Below are positions 36,185 to 49,719 of a stretch of DNA of 64,000 nt, piece after piece. Position 1 is the first letter of the stretch, and every line of letters begins with the position of its first letter. The DNA is from Octopus sinensis (taxonomy: Eukaryota): positions 55,862,001 to 55,926,000 of the forward strand of contig NC_043005.1 in NCBI RefSeq assembly GCF_006345805.1. The letters are read 5' to 3'. The position numbers and the translations under genes were made by a program. A model generated the notes under the pieces. That model had not been told where the DNA came from. It saw nothing but the letters and a program-made list of their open reading frames with translations, and searched no databases.

Positions 36185-36640
36185 TATATATATATATAAA
36201 CCAATTAAAATCCTACATAGCAATGTTTCCCAAACTTTTCACACCAAATTGCAATATCACCCACCTATCAGCCAAAAAATGTTCCATCGCCCACCTGTGT
36301 AAAAAGAAAACCCTGACACAACACCCCCACCAAAACAAAATCCTTTAGGACCCCTCCCATATCGTTTGACACACACACACTCTAACGTAGACTCATTGCC
36401 CTGTTAGTACCATTTGTACTAAATATGCAGTTGTTTACAACTCCCTTATTGTGGGTTTAGTTTTGCCATTGGTGTCAATAAAATTCTAACGTTAACTCTA
36501 TATTATGCAGACAGATTAACTTCTGGAAACTTGCGCTTTCTTTTACACTGATTTTCATTTTCCCCAAATGAACCATTGATCAGAACTACCGATGCCAAAA
36601 TAATTAATGATTGTATTATAAAGGAAAAGAGTAAAAACTT

Positions 36641-38688
36641 TTAATGAGATGCATGTGTCTGGTGTGATGCAGCTAATGCAGATACATTCGGTTTCAAACT
36701 TGTCAGCTTTAGCCGAAAGTCTCCTTGTTGTATCACATCCAGTCAAATTCTTTTATGGGAAAATAAAGTTCCAGAATGGTTAAAACCAGATTCAACCAGA
36801 TATGAAGTAGGGAAGGTAAGCAATAGTAATTTCAGATGTTTCCACAGGTTGGGGTAGGAATTCAATATACTTTGATGGTACTACAAACCTTCTTTGCTAT
36901 TTACGGCAATATCGCATTGTAGCATCATTGTCAGTTTGTAATTCTATCAATTCCTCCTGAACATCATACTCACAATTGACTGCATTGACCTCAAACAGAT
37001 TGCTATACTAATTTGGAATATTCAGCACAATAACATCTTGAAATCACTCCATCATGTTAAATCCTCATCAATCAATTCATCTTTCAAAGAATCAAGTTGT
37101 AGAAATTGATGGAATTGACGTTTTGAAACGTTAGTCTTAAAAAACACCAGTTTCGAAATGAAGGTAGTGATAAACAATTTACAATCTACAAGAGTTTTTT
37201 CTGCTTCCTTGCAATAACTTATTCAAATCATTTAATTTTGTGAATATATCACAAAGAAAAAAGATATTGAATCTTGCAGTCATCAATGAAACAGATACTG
37301 GAATATCTTCAAAGAAAAAGATATTATATAAAACAGTTCAACAAAGCACAGTTTCCTTTTGACAGCCACCGCACTTCGGTATGGTATAAGAGTTTAGTAT
37401 GGTCCACATCATTTCTCAGATAGAGTTGACAGAAAATTCAATCAGACAAGGGACTGGACTTCAATTTGTTCACACTCCTGATAACTAACTGTTGTACATC
37501 ATTCAATCTACTGTTCATATTTTTTGCCACTAAATGCTGCCAGTGTGCCAAGCAATGAACAGTTAGTATCTGGTGGGAAATTTCATGCTTTAGGAGATAT
37601 GGAAAATCCTCTATAACTTCCTATCATCGAAGGGGTGCCATCAGATGCCCAGGCAAGAATATTACTGAGTGGGATATTATGTTCAAAAAGGAAAGACTTG
37701 AGAGTGTGAAAAATAGTTGCACCTTTTGAATCAAGCAATTTCTCTGTGGACAGTATTTCCTCACAAGGTTGAAGGTCTTAGCTGAAATAGTGAACATATA
37801 CCATTATCAAACATTGATTGTCCACAACAGTTGACTCATCCACTTGTATAGAAATTTCAGAACGCTGGAGAATATTAATGAGCTGATGTTTGACATCGTT
37901 GGTCATTTCATCGATGCGTTGAGAAATTATGTTATTACTAAGTGGGATCTTCATAATGTCATCGGATTCTTCATGCATAATGGTTAACAAAAGCTCGTCA
38001 ATTACTGGGTGAAGTAATGTTTCTCCAATTGTGTGAGACTTCCCAGACTTAGTAACAAGCAATGCAATGTTGTATGATGCAATCAGCCATCATTCTCCTG
38101 TTTACTAGTTTTCTAGAGTAGCATATTGAATGTTTGTATTTGCTTTTTGAAAGAGGAGCTCAGTTGCAAAAAGTATGATTACGGCTTGTCCTTCTTATCA
38201 GAATGCTTTCCATCAAAGTGATACTTCAAGCATGAAGGTTTCATTGTTTCATTGGTCAATATTTGATGGCAAAGAAGGCACATTGGTAACTAACAATCCT
38301 GAGGAGAGGGAATAAATCCAAATGATAAATAATCACTATTGTATTAGCACATAAGAAGCACCATCCAAATGTGGCCGATGCTAGCGCCACCTTGACTGGC
38401 TTCTGTGCTGGTGGCATGTAAAAAGCACCAACTGATTGTGACCATTGCTAGCCTCCCCTGGCACCTGTGCTGGTGGCACGTAAAAAGCACCCACTACACT
38501 CAAGGATTGGTTGGTGTTAGGAAGGGCATCCAGCTGTAGAAACACTGCCAGATCAAACTGGAGCTTGATGCAGCCTCCTGGCTTCTCAGACCCTGGTCAA
38601 ATCGTCCAACCCATGCTAGCATGGAAAACGGACATTAAACAATGATGATGATGATGTACTGTCGACAAATTTTCTTCACTGGAGGCAT
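36641..38688 (-). pseudogene. hAT Buster-type transposase pseudogene
   Basis: MPPVKKICRQY..DYLSFGFI..PMCLLC..NETMKPS.LK.H; KSGKSHTIGETL..IPLSNN..SIQVDEST; FPTSYLVESGF..GDFRLKLTSLKPNV..HQTHASH*. Confidence 0.88.
38352..38656 (+). mobile_element. RTE 3' UTR inserted into the hAT transposase 5' end
   Basis: TGGCA(T/C)GTAAAAAGCAC units, GGAAGGGCATCCAGCTGTAGAAAC, (GAT)n tail. Confidence 0.85.
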
Positions 38689-39614
38689 CAGTAAAGTGAA
38701 AATGGGAAAACAAATTTCTATGGACAGCGTCAGAAAGGCAGTATGGTATTCCTAAAGAGAAGAAGAAGTCAATAGACCTGAGTCAGATGATATGTCTTTA
38801 CTGGAGCAAAAACGGATCTAGTTCATTTGGCTGACAGCATTTCAAAAATTGAAGTTAATCAAAAATTTTAGAATTTGGCACATTAATGTACATTCCCAAG
38901 CTAAATTGCTGGAGTTATTCAGCTTTTTCTAAAAATATTTTTAAAAAGTTATAGATGTTTAAAGTTGGATCATTTTCACCCACTCAAGAAACACAATTTC
39001 AAAGCTGTCCTTTTGTGCATGACTGCACATTTTGTCAACATCCTGAAAATAGCACTTGTGTTTTGATATGAAACCACAGAATTATGCATGACATATAAAC
39101 CCCTCATAACTTTTTCATTTTTCAGAATTTTCTGAAAATTCTTGTGAATTTGAATTCTACATGCAGGACTTCATATGATTATGCAAAAAAAAAAAAAAAT
39201 TGTAGTGGAGTGTGATTTAAGGCCTAGGCCTATTTGGCTGCTATATTTAGTATGCATGATAACCATCTCAATGACTGTGACAAAAATATTCAATTGATAA
39301 GCAAGTTCACTTTTTTAATACTCATGCGAGTAGTCAAATCAATAAAAGTGCATCCTTATTCTAGGCATGCCTAGATATCAGTAAATGCAGAATTAATTTC
39401 TATAAATTCATTGCCACCCACCAAATGTTCATATCACCCACCAAAATCTCAAATCGCCCACCATTTTCTAGAAATTCGCCCATCATTCACTTGTAAGTTG
39501 TAATCACCCACCTGTGGGTAATATCACCCACTTTGGGAAGCTATGCTATAAAGATTTTATCCCTGATTTTAATTGATATATATATATATATATACATATA
39601 TATTTATATGTACA

Positions 39615-39778
39615 CACAACAAGCTTCTTTTACTGTACACCTACATGACTTCACTCACATGACTTCAGTCACCCCAAGGCTATAGTAGAAGACACTTGCC
39701 CAAGGTGCCACCAAGTGGGACTGAACCCAGAACTATGTGGTTGGAAAGCAAACATTTTACCACTCAGCTTGCCCATTC
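39615..39778 (-). mobile_element. SINE family A head
   Basis: AAGACACTTGCCCAAGG...GGGACTGAACC. Confidence 0.7.
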
Positions 39779-40489
39779 CTATGTTGCAAATAATTGTTAA
39801 CACAGTTACAAAGATTGCCATGTGGTTCATTTGATAATTATGTTGTTCCAGGTTCAATCTACCACATGGTAAATTGGTCAAATATCTTATATCTTAGCCT
39901 TGGGCTAACGAAAACATTGCATTGTGCGCGCGCGTGTGTGTGTGTGTGTTAGCATGAAGTGAAAAACCATAAGAAATGAGTGCATCATTTCTTTAATCTA
40001 ATCAATAACAACTGCTAATTCATATTAAGCCTTTCTTTAAATATGTTCATAGATTTCATTGCATAAAAAAAGAAACTGATCGATTGCATGTGTGTGTGTC
40101 TGTGTGTGTGCGTGTGCGTGTGAGCACGCACTTTAGAAAATGAAGAAATAATGTCAATACAAAGTGTCAACAAATTTCAACCAACACATGCTTTAAAAAA
40201 TACCACAAAAAGAAAACAAACAAAAAAACAAAAGATTAACAGTGAGAAAATTAGGCTCAAAGAATTAATGAAGGAAATAATTCTTTGAAAATGTTTAAAA
40301 AAAGGAGATAAAAAATCAATATTATGTGTAGTTTTGGTTTGGTTACATGCTTCTGTTAACATTGCGATTATAATTTCATTATATGTTTCTGCTTTCTTTT
40401 CTATCAACATTCATTGAGAATGTACCCAGGGTGAACATTGTAGGGTTATAGGTCAGAGGTTATTGACATGATTCTTCATCTGATACGAC

Positions 40490-41030
40490 CCCTTGGTAGA
40501 GGTGGTGGTGGTTTTTAGAGTGAGTGATGATGATAATGTTAATGATTAATGATCATGATGGATGGCAGGGGTTGGCAGCAGTAGGGGTGTGTGACAGTCA
40601 TGATGGATGTTTGTGACCATGTCGATTATGGAGGTGGTAAAGACTATGCAGTGATGATGATGATGATTATGATGATAAATACAAGGACAAAGTTGGTGTA
40701 TGCGATGACAATGGGAATTGCGATGGTGATTGTGGTGGTGTTGAAGGTGGTGGGTATGGTCATGATGATTACTTGTGGGTCATTGTTATGATGCTGATGA
40801 TGATAGTAGTCGAGGTGGTGGTGGTGGTGGTGGTGGTGGTTCAACAAACAACAGCAATGTTACTGGTAGTTACAGCCACCACCCTACTACAATCACCTTG
40901 ACTGGCACCACTACTAATGTTACCATCACCCCCACCACCAATGCCATCACCTCCACCGTCACCACCATCATCACCACTACCGCCACCACCATCATCATCA
41001 CCACTACCACCACCACTACCAACACTACGT
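40490..41030. repeat. Low-complexity GAT/GGT block followed by CAC/CAT block
   Basis: Strand composition flips near 40820. Confidence 0.8.
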
Positions 41031-42110
41031 GAGATTTACAATGACGTTAGCAGTGACAATAAAAACTTGACGATATGATTTCGAAAATATTATCTGATTA
41101 ATTCTAAGAAATTACTTTCATATTTCTTTTATTTCTTCAACTAAAAATTTCAACATTCCATCATTTCATTTCAGTCTTGTATTAAAACCTCGACAGATTT
41201 CTACAACAGAAACGATCAAGTGCATTGGCAGTAAGATGTAATTCAGTGATCTTTTAAAGGCCGTTAGTTTAAAAGGTTAATGTTACTACATATTGAACTG
41301 TCTTTGACATTCAACCTCACATCTTCTTCCTTTTTTACTCAGCATTCATAGTGTTAGTAGAATTCGGTAAATTCAGTGTACAGAAAAATGTCACACATTA
41401 CATATATACATGCTGAGATTTTTAGTTCATGCAAAGGAGGAAAAAAGTAGGGTAAGGTTTAAAGAATTCTTTAAACAGATTTTGAAGTGAAGAATTTTGC
41501 GATTTGTTTCAAAGCGTTACTTAAGTAAATGTAATGCAGTGTGTTATTTGAATGTGAAAGGTAATATAGTGATAGCAGTAAGATTTGAACACATACTCTT
41601 AAGTTCAGTAGCTTAGCACATTGACCTCACTCAGTAACATATACAAACATGTGTGTAAATGTGTATGTATGTTCTCTTCTATTTTACTTATTTGAAGTCT
41701 TCCAATAAGGAAGAAATTGGTTTCTAACGAAGATACAAAGTTTCATTGTTGAAATATAAATAGCAAAAGTAATGTCACATGATGAACTTGAGAAAAATTT
41801 TACATATTTTTGTTGTTTTCTTTACAGATTCTATTTGTAATGTGTGTGTTAGCTTGATTTCTTTTTCTGAAAGCCCAAGTTATTTCAGATTGTCACTTAG
41901 ACATTTACTCACAAAATCAAGTGCACAAATTATAAGTATTGATGTGAATTTACAATCGACATATAGAAGCTGAAGCTTTTGAAGCTGTTGTCCATAATTA
42001 CTTTCTTTCTCTTTGATTTTTGAAGAGATATTCACATCAGCAGGGCAGCTGACCTCTGTGATGGCACATATTTCTTCTTGACTGTTTCAAACAACTAATA
42101 TTTCTAAAAG

Positions 42111-42420
42111 TGGAGGCGCAATGGCCCAGTGGTCAGGGCAGTGGACTCGCAGTTGGAGGATCGCAGTTTCAATTCCCACACCGGGCGTTGTGTGTGTTTA
42201 TTGAGCGAAAACACCTAAAGCTCCATGAGGTTTCGGCAGGGGGTGGTGGCGACCCCTGTTGTACTCTTTCGCCCCAACTTTCTCTCACCCTCTCTTCTTG
42301 TTTCTTGAGTAATGCTGCAATGGACTTGCGTCCCCTCCAGCTGGGGGGAACACATACGCCACAGAAACCAGGGAAACCAGGCCCATGAGCCTGGCTAGGC
42401 TTGAAAAGGGCACATAAATA
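42111..42420 (+). mobile_element. tRNA-derived SINE, family C (tail type 2)
   Basis: GGAGGCGCAATGGCCCAGTGG head. Tail ...AGAAACCAGGGAAACCAGGCCCATGAGCC...AAAAGGGCACATAAATAAAA differs from the 6719 copy. Confidence 0.8.
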
Positions 42421-42549
42421 AAAAAATAAAAGATATTTCTAAAATTATTTTCCTTTGGTGGTTTGTTGCTGTACTGAAGATGAGTTTGAGCATCCATATC
42501 AAGTATATTTTAAATTTAGAAAAAGTTCTATATGTGCAATTATAGTCCT

Positions 42550-42910
42550 TTTATGTGGAACAAAAGCCTGGATGCTTACCAAAAACTGGAATCCAAGCTA
42601 GATAGAACTTAAACAAATCTTGAAGAACTCGTCCCCACAAGAAACAGCTGTATGGAGATCTGCTTGTTTCCATCAGCATAATGGAAAGGCACTTGCACTT
42701 TGCAGGACATTGCTTGTAAGATAAACAAGAGCCAGCAAGTGACCTACTGCTATGGAGCTGGTTGTCTGAACACAATGTATGTATATCCACTCACCAGAAA
42801 CACTGGATGCCTCCCTGAAACGTCTACTCAACTAATGCTGGACTAAGATGGATGGCATATGTGGGTTAAAAATGTCTGAGCAAGCTCAACCAGATGATGA
42901 TGATGATGCT
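42550..42910 (+). pseudogene. Degenerate RTE C-terminus with (GAT)n tail
   Basis: LCGTKAWMLT..QLYGDL..RHLHFAGHC..EPASDLLLW. Confidence 0.65.
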
Positions 42911-43401
42911 GTCCAGTTAAAAGAATTTGTTTGATATTTTCCTAATTGGTTTGTTTGCTGGTTTACCATCGTCTGCTTGCATTGTGGTGGATTTTTTTCA
43001 ATGACAACTACAATATTTAGTTACATTGAAATTCTTGTGTAGTTTAAAGATTCATTCAGCCTTAAACTTGAAATCTGATCCTTCAGCTAAATACAAGCAA
43101 GTACCATAATTTGGTCTTGTGCATTTTTGAAGAGTCAAGCTGAAAATTTATAAACACATTTAAAATTTTCCATTATTGTCTAGACTTCAAAAAAGCTAAT
43201 TTTTAAAAAAATTTCTGAAGTACCTTATCTGAAAAGTTTATGGAAATCAATATAAAGAAGAAAATAAATTAATTGCTACTTGCAATTTTATGTTTTACAA
43301 GTTTATTGACTTGTATCAGTATGTATTAACAGGCAAAAAAAAAAACAAAAAAATGAAGAGTTTTCATCATTTATTTGTTTTTTGTTTATTTTTATTTTAA
43401 T

Positions 43402-43808
43402 TACTCTTTTACTTGTTTCAGTCATTTGACTGCGGCCATGCTGGAGCACCGCCTTTAGTCGAGCAAATCGACCCCGGGACTTATTCTTTGTAAGCCCAGT
43501 ACTTATTCTATCGGTCTCTTTTGGCGAACCGCTAAGTGACGGGGACGTAAACACACAAGCATCGGTTGTCAAGCAATGTTAGGGGGACAAACACAGACAC
43601 ACAAACACACACACACACATACATATATATATATACATATATACGACAGGCTTCTTTCAGTTTCCGTCTACCAAATCCACTCACAAGGTATTGGTCGGCC
43701 CCAGGGCTATAGCAGAAGACACTTGCCCAAGATGCCACGCAGTGGGACTGAACCCGGAACCATGTGGTTGGTTAGCAAGCTACTTACCACACAGCCACTC
43801 CTGCGCCT
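43402..43808 (-). mobile_element. SINE family A, full length, close to the apparent consensus
   Basis: AGGCGCAGGAGTGGCTGTGTGG..GGGTTCAGTCCC head. CpGs largely retained. Confidence 0.92.
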
Positions 43809-43944
43809 ATTGTAATAGAGTTATTTGTTTTAATTTTCTCTTCTCATTGTGTATGACCTTATAGCAGCTGAGAGATTTCTTGATTTGCTTTTGGACATCC
43901 AAGATTCCTTATACATTTGAAATCGCATCCACTCTTATGTGCTT

Positions 43945-44005
<61 letters not shown>

Positions 44006-44308
44006 ACATTATCATCCATTATCATTTAATTTCTAAGTGCCATGCTGTCATAAATTGGATAGTTTTGAGAGGATCTGATGGACTCAAGGACTGCATCAAG
44101 CTCCAGTGTTTGCTGTGACATGGTTTCTATGGGTGGATGTACTTCCTAAAATCAACTACTTTACAATGTGTACTGGGTACGATTTTGTGCCACCTGTACC
44201 TGTGAGATTGACATGCAGCCTGCAATACTATGCAGCCCAAGAGGCAACCTTTATGTTAAGAGATATTTCTACCTTTAAAAATTCTGGAAATAACATCATG
44301 TTCTTTAA

Positions 44309-44510
44309 CCCTATTGATACCAACATGCTTGAGACTGTCCGTGATTTTAAGATACAAACTTCCAGTTTTAAAGTTAACTAGATTAAAACCACCCAACGGA
44401 ATTTTATTTCAATTTCTGTTTCAAACACCAACTTGATAACGACACACAATTATTTTAGTAAATATTCTTCATTATTTTCAAAATTAATCAAAATAACAAA
44501 GACAGAATAG
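44309..44510. mobile_element. Degenerate piggyBac-like MITE
   Basis: TTAA|CCCTATTGATACC...ACAGAATAG|TTAA. Resembles the inner MITE at 49925. Confidence 0.45.
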
Positions 44511-45029
44511 TTAAACAGAAATATGGTAACAGAAGATTTCATTCAGAATTTTTTGATTTGTGTCTCAGTTCCATCTATTATGTTGGTGGTGATCGTCTTC
44601 ATCATACTGAAGTTGCTGCTCTCAGTTTAAAACAGTTTTGTCATTTATACTTGCATCACATGAGTCATATATTTCTCTGACATTCTCATCACATATTCTA
44701 AATTAGTCATAATGGACAATTTTTTTTTGAAAAGCAGGCCACATAGGACATGGCTCGTTATAGTTTACAAGATCCTATGTTATATTCTCTATGTGATAGT
44801 ATTCTAATTTCCATCTCTTTCAAACCCTACATCATTTCAATTTCTGAGTGCAATGTTAGAGTTCCATGCTTTCTTCTGACAATTTTTAAATTAGAAACTC
44901 TAATCAACATTAGAAAACATTTTCATTTATGGATGTGTAATGTGTACGAAAATATGTCAGATACATAATACTTAGGTGCAGTTTCAATACAGATTTCAAA
45001 TTATCTGAAATGATTTTCCTATATATATA

Positions 45030-45220
45030 TTTCTTTACTACCCACAAGGGGCTAAACACAGACGGGACAAACAAGGTCAGACAAACGGATTAAGTCGATT
45101 ATATAGACCCCAGTGTGTAACTGGTACTTAATTTATCGACCCTGAAAGGATGAAAGGCAAAGTCGACCTCGGCGGAATTTGAACTCGGAACGTGACGACA
45201 GACGAAATACAGCTACGCAT
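45030..45220 (-). mobile_element. SINE family B (B1), head truncated
   Basis: Reverse complement of the B1 tail and B box. Confidence 0.85.
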
Positions 45221-45748
45221 CAAAATAAATATCAAATGGAAATTGTAGTTCTGATACCTGTGCCGGTGTCACATAAAAAGCACCATCCGAACGTGACCGA
45301 AGCCAGCGCTGCCTTGACTGGCTTCTGTACCAGTGGCACATGACCTGCTGTGCTTGAGGAGACCTATTGAGTCAAGTACATCAACATCAAAATAAATATC
45401 AAATGGAAATTATAGCTGTGATACCTGTGCCAGTGGCACGTAAAAAAGCACCATCCGAACGTGGCCGATGCCAGCGCCACCTTGACTGGCTTCTGTGCTA
45501 GTTGCACGTAAAAAGCACCAACCGATCGTGGCCACTGCCAGCCTCCCCAGGCACCTGTGCCGGTGGCACGTAAAAAGCACCCACTACACTCAAGGAGTGG
45601 TTGGCGTTAGGAAGGGCATCCAGCTGTAGAAACACTGCCATATCAGACTGGAGCCTGGTGCAGCTTCCTGGCTTCCCAGATCCCGGTCAAACCATCCAGC
45701 CCATGCTAGCACAAAAAACGGATGTTAAATGATGATGATGATGATGAT
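45221..45748 (+). mobile_element. RTE 3' UTR with tandem subunits and an approximately 170-bp internal duplication
   Basis: CATCAAAATAAATATCAAATGGAAATT occurs twice. Several TGGCACGTAAAAAGCACC units and a (GAT)n tail. Confidence 0.85.
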
Positions 45749-46237
45749 TTTCCTATATATGTCTGGAAAAGTTATGCATCCTGTACCATGAACAATCTTA
45801 TCATCTTTACACTCACTGAGTAAATTATTATGATAAATATCTTCAGTAGAAGCATTAGTCAAATTTTCTCACCTTTGACTAAACTCATTAGTCAGGATAT
45901 AAATATTTTTAAGAAAACCTTTAATCAATGCACATGATAAATTAGGCCGAATATGTTATTGAACACTGATTAGAGAAAAACACTGACAATGCTAGAGGAG
46001 GTGATTACTTACAAGTCTCCACATTAGCTCTTTGAAACGTTAGACTGGAAGTGAAGTGATAAAGCTGTAGATGGCAATGATGAGGCGATCTTTTTTTTTT
46101 GTAGAGGATGGAGCACACTGTCACAAGTTTATGCGTGTATGTATGTATGTATGTATGTATGTATGTATGTATGTATGTGTGTATGTGTGTATGTGTGTGT
46201 ATGTATGTATGTATGTATGTATGTGTGTATGTGTGTA

Positions 46238-46272
<35 letters not shown>

Positions 46273-46367
46273 ATGTATGCATGCATGTATGTATGTATGA
46301 ATGTATGAATGAATGGGATGTATTTTCTTTTCCTTGTATGTAAACTGTAAAATTTAACCAATACACC

Positions 46368-46406
<39 letters not shown>

Positions 46407-46634
46407 GCACAGTAATCCATGGAATTACAATCAGGAGAATTCAGAGTTCAGAAATCGAGGCTGATGAAGTTGTAGAAAGTCTCCAGCAACCATTTCTGAG
46501 TCATTCCAGAGGTATGTCAAAGAGCTAAATCCTACTGTTACACATATAGCCTTCCGGCAGCAACCCTCTTTAGCTAAGGTTTGACCACAATCTCCAGAAG
46601 CTTTACATAACAATCACAACATTGACATTTTGTT

Positions 46635-46900
46635 CATCATCATCATAATCATCATCGTTTAACATCTAGCATGGGTTGGACAGTTCAACCGGGATCTGGG
46701 ATGCCAGAAGGCTGTACCAGGCTCCAGTCTGATCTGGCAGTGTTTCTACAGCTGGATGCACTTCCTAACGCCAACCACTCTCTGAGTGTAGTGGGTGCTT
46801 TTTATGTTCCAGGTGAGGCTGGCAACGGCCACAATCAGATTGGTGCTTTTTACGTGCCACCAGCATGGGAGCCAGTCAAAGCAGCGCTGGCATCAGCCAT
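46635..46900 (-). mobile_element. RTE 3' UTR
   Basis: Reverse complement of the family 3' end. Confidence 0.8.
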
Positions 46901-47136
46901 GGTGGTGCTGGCATTGGCCAGGCAGTGCTGGCAGAACAAATCATCTCGATACTGGTACATGTTTTCCAATATTCAGATGGCTTCCAGTCCTCCATGTCAG
47001 TGGTGGTACAAGATATTTCCCCAACAGTAAAGCTTAATCACTTAGATTTTTAAAATAACTAGCAGCTAAGCCCGGTTTCACTTAGTCTGTTTGGATGATG
47101 TGGCTGTGATCGTTTTTGGTTAGGCATAATCTATAA

Positions 47137-47362
47137 CAGTGTTTCTCAACCTTATCATTCCGGGTCCCCTGTTTCGATTGGAGCCTCTAGCTGTATGAAA
47201 ATTTCCTGACTTCCCCTATCACATTGTCAGATTTTTCATGGGCTGGCTGGTCTACCTAAGATACATGGGGAGCTGAATTAAATTTTTTATCTACACAGGA
47301 GCAGAAATAAATTTTTCAATGTCCAAGGAAAGCTGAATTGCAAAAAAGGTTAAGAAACGCTG
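47137..47362. mobile_element. hAT-Charlie-type MITE
   Basis: TIRs CAGTGTTTCTCAACCTT and AAGGTTAAGAAACGCTG. TSD ATCTATAA / ATCTATAG. Confidence 0.85.
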
Positions 47363-48559
47363 ATCTATAGTGATGGTTTTTATTTAGGCACATTGTAAAA
47401 GTAGGTATAAAGAATTGCTGAATATAACGATGATTCATTATAGCAGAAGTAACAAAAAGAAATCAAGCAAAAAACAAAATGGCTTTTGAACAAACATAAT
47501 TGAAAAATAATTATAAATTTTTGTTTAGCTTTATCTTATATTTATATTATTATAAGTATATTTATTAACTTAATGTTGTTATGATTTATTCAGAATTTTG
47601 TTTGTCTAAACTATTTATTGAGTTTGTTGATCCAGAAATAATAAATTTCTATCTATATTCAATGAACTCTACTACCTACATTGGTCTACTCAAGTCAACA
47701 ATACTTTATTAAGATGCTGCCTTCTTAAGTATTGTTTCTCTATAAAAATAGACAATGTTGGTTATATGTGTGTAGTACATACAATAGGGCTATGAAATGT
47801 TGACATCATTGCTGACTTGACAGTAGAGAAAATATTAAACGATAAAATGTCACCATTTTTGCCTGCATATGGAAATAGAAAATGCATATGTGTTTGGCTG
47901 AGATTTATGTATGTATTATCTTTAATACATGATTTTCTGACATTTTACAGTGATGTGGTTTCTATTGTGGGAAATATGAATTCTTTGGAAATATATGTTT
48001 CTATTTCAGCCCAAAGCAGATGACAAGCTTCTGAAATGGTAAATTACAGTAAACAGTATTACTTTAATATCAGGAACATTGCACAGCATTCAATGGATAG
48101 CAATCATTTTTAGTCAATAATATTCAACGATAAAGAAAAGTGTTGATTTTTACTAGTCTTGCTGCCCCTTGCAAAAACCATAAATACAGTCCTTCTTATG
48201 AAACGATTAGAAAAAGAAAGAAAAAAAAAGAAAAAGCAGCTACTTGATATCACAAGCATTGACTGGTAATCATGAACATTCATTTGCAGTTGCTGCCAAT
48301 CACTATTGAACACATGCCATCAAAAGCAATCATTACCCTCTGCTAGTGATCTCTAGCAATTATTACCAATCACGAGCTGTAACTTAACACACTCACACAC
48401 ACTAATAATTGATTTCTAACTATGATACAAAATGGCAAGTTTTGGAGGAGTTTGCAGCCATTTAAATAGATTCCAGTACATGGCAGATGCTGCAATTATA
48501 TGAATTATTAATAATATATATTACTAGTACTACTACTAACAACAACAACAACAACAACA

Positions 48560-48607
<48 letters not shown>

Positions 48608-48669
48608 GCTACTGCTGCTGCTGCTGTTGCTGCTGCTACTACTACTACTATTTATAATAATAAAAAATT

Positions 48670-48884
48670 ATTATTTCTACTCTAGACACAAGGCCCTGAA
48701 AATTTTTCAGGGAAGGGGGCTAGTCGATTACATCGACTCCAATGCATAACTGGTACTTATTTCATCGATCCCGAAAGGATGACAGGTAAGGTCAACCTCA
48801 GTGGAATTTGAACTCAGAATGTAGTGGCAGATGAAATACCGCTAAGCATTTCGCCCGGCATGCTAACAATTCTGCCAGCTCACC
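48670..48884 (-). mobile_element. SINE family B (B2 tail)
   Basis: Reverse complement GGTGAGCTGGCAGAATTG..GAGTTCAAATTCC..GGGCCTTGTGTCTAGAGTAGAAATAAT. Confidence 0.85.
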
Positions 48885-48887
48885 ACT

Positions 48888-48977
48888 CTAATAATAATAA
48901 TAATGATAATAATGATGATGATGAGGAGGAGGAGGAGGAGGGGGAGGAGGAGGAGGACGACGACGACGACAAAAACG

Positions 48978-49009
<32 letters not shown>

Positions 49010-49040
49010 AATAATAATAATAATAATATTAATAATAATG
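48888..49040. repeat. Compound trinucleotide tract AAT-GAT-GAG-GAC-AAC-AAT
   Basis: Direct sequence. Confidence 0.9.
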
Positions 49041-49413
49041 GTTTCTAATTTAGGCACAAGGTCATCATCTTTGAGAGAAGATGGTTAATACCATTGATCC
49101 TAGTACTAGCCTGCTACTCTACTTTATTAACTGTGGAAAGATGAAAGACAAAATGACTTCACCAGGACTTGAACTCAAAAAATAAAAATCTAGAACAGAT
49201 ACCATAAAGCTTTTTTGACTGACACTCTAACAAATCTTTACCAATTCAACGACAAACACTAATAATTAACAGCAATTAATAATAATTAGTTGCAGTCTAG
49301 ACTAATTAATATGCACTCACTTCAATTACTAACAATCAGCAATAACTAACATCTAGTATCATCCTCTTCATCATTGTTGTCGTTGTGGCCATTATCACCA
49401 TCACCATCATCAC

Positions 49414-49450
<37 letters not shown>

Positions 49451-49719
49451 GTTTTATGTCCACTTTCCATGCTGGTATGGATAGGATGTGTTAGTGTTGT
49501 CTGAGACAGTTCTTATTTAGAGTTACTACCATCTTTGGTATACTCAGGAAGGATCATGTATCACTTGTAGATTTTGCTCTGCCATAGTTTCTATAGATGG
49601 ACGTCCTTCCTAATACCAACCACTTTATAGAGTGTACTGGGTGCATTTCATTGTAGCATCAGCAATTTAGAGAATATATCAAGGTTGTAACATCACCCTT
49701 AAGAAAACCAAAACTATAA

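Larger units (their letters stand above)
36221..39545 (-). mobile_element. hAT (Buster/Charlie-type) transposon with TIRs, probable 8-bp TSD and subterminal repeats
   Basis: CAATGTTTCCCAAACT and reverse-complement CATAGCTTCCCAAAGT ends. Flanks CTACATAG and CTATAAAG. TC(A/G)CCCAC repeats at both ends. Confidence 0.75.

Noticed and set aside
45221-45600. CRISPR-like look of recurring TGGCACGTAAAAAGCACC units with intervening sequence
   Set aside because: The spacers are themselves homologous, the units are degenerate, there are no cas genes, and the array is part of an RTE 3' UTR in eukaryotic DNA.
48824-49048. Acidic poly-D/E/N protein ORF
   Set aside because: Starts inside a SINE-B and consists of a trinucleotide tract.
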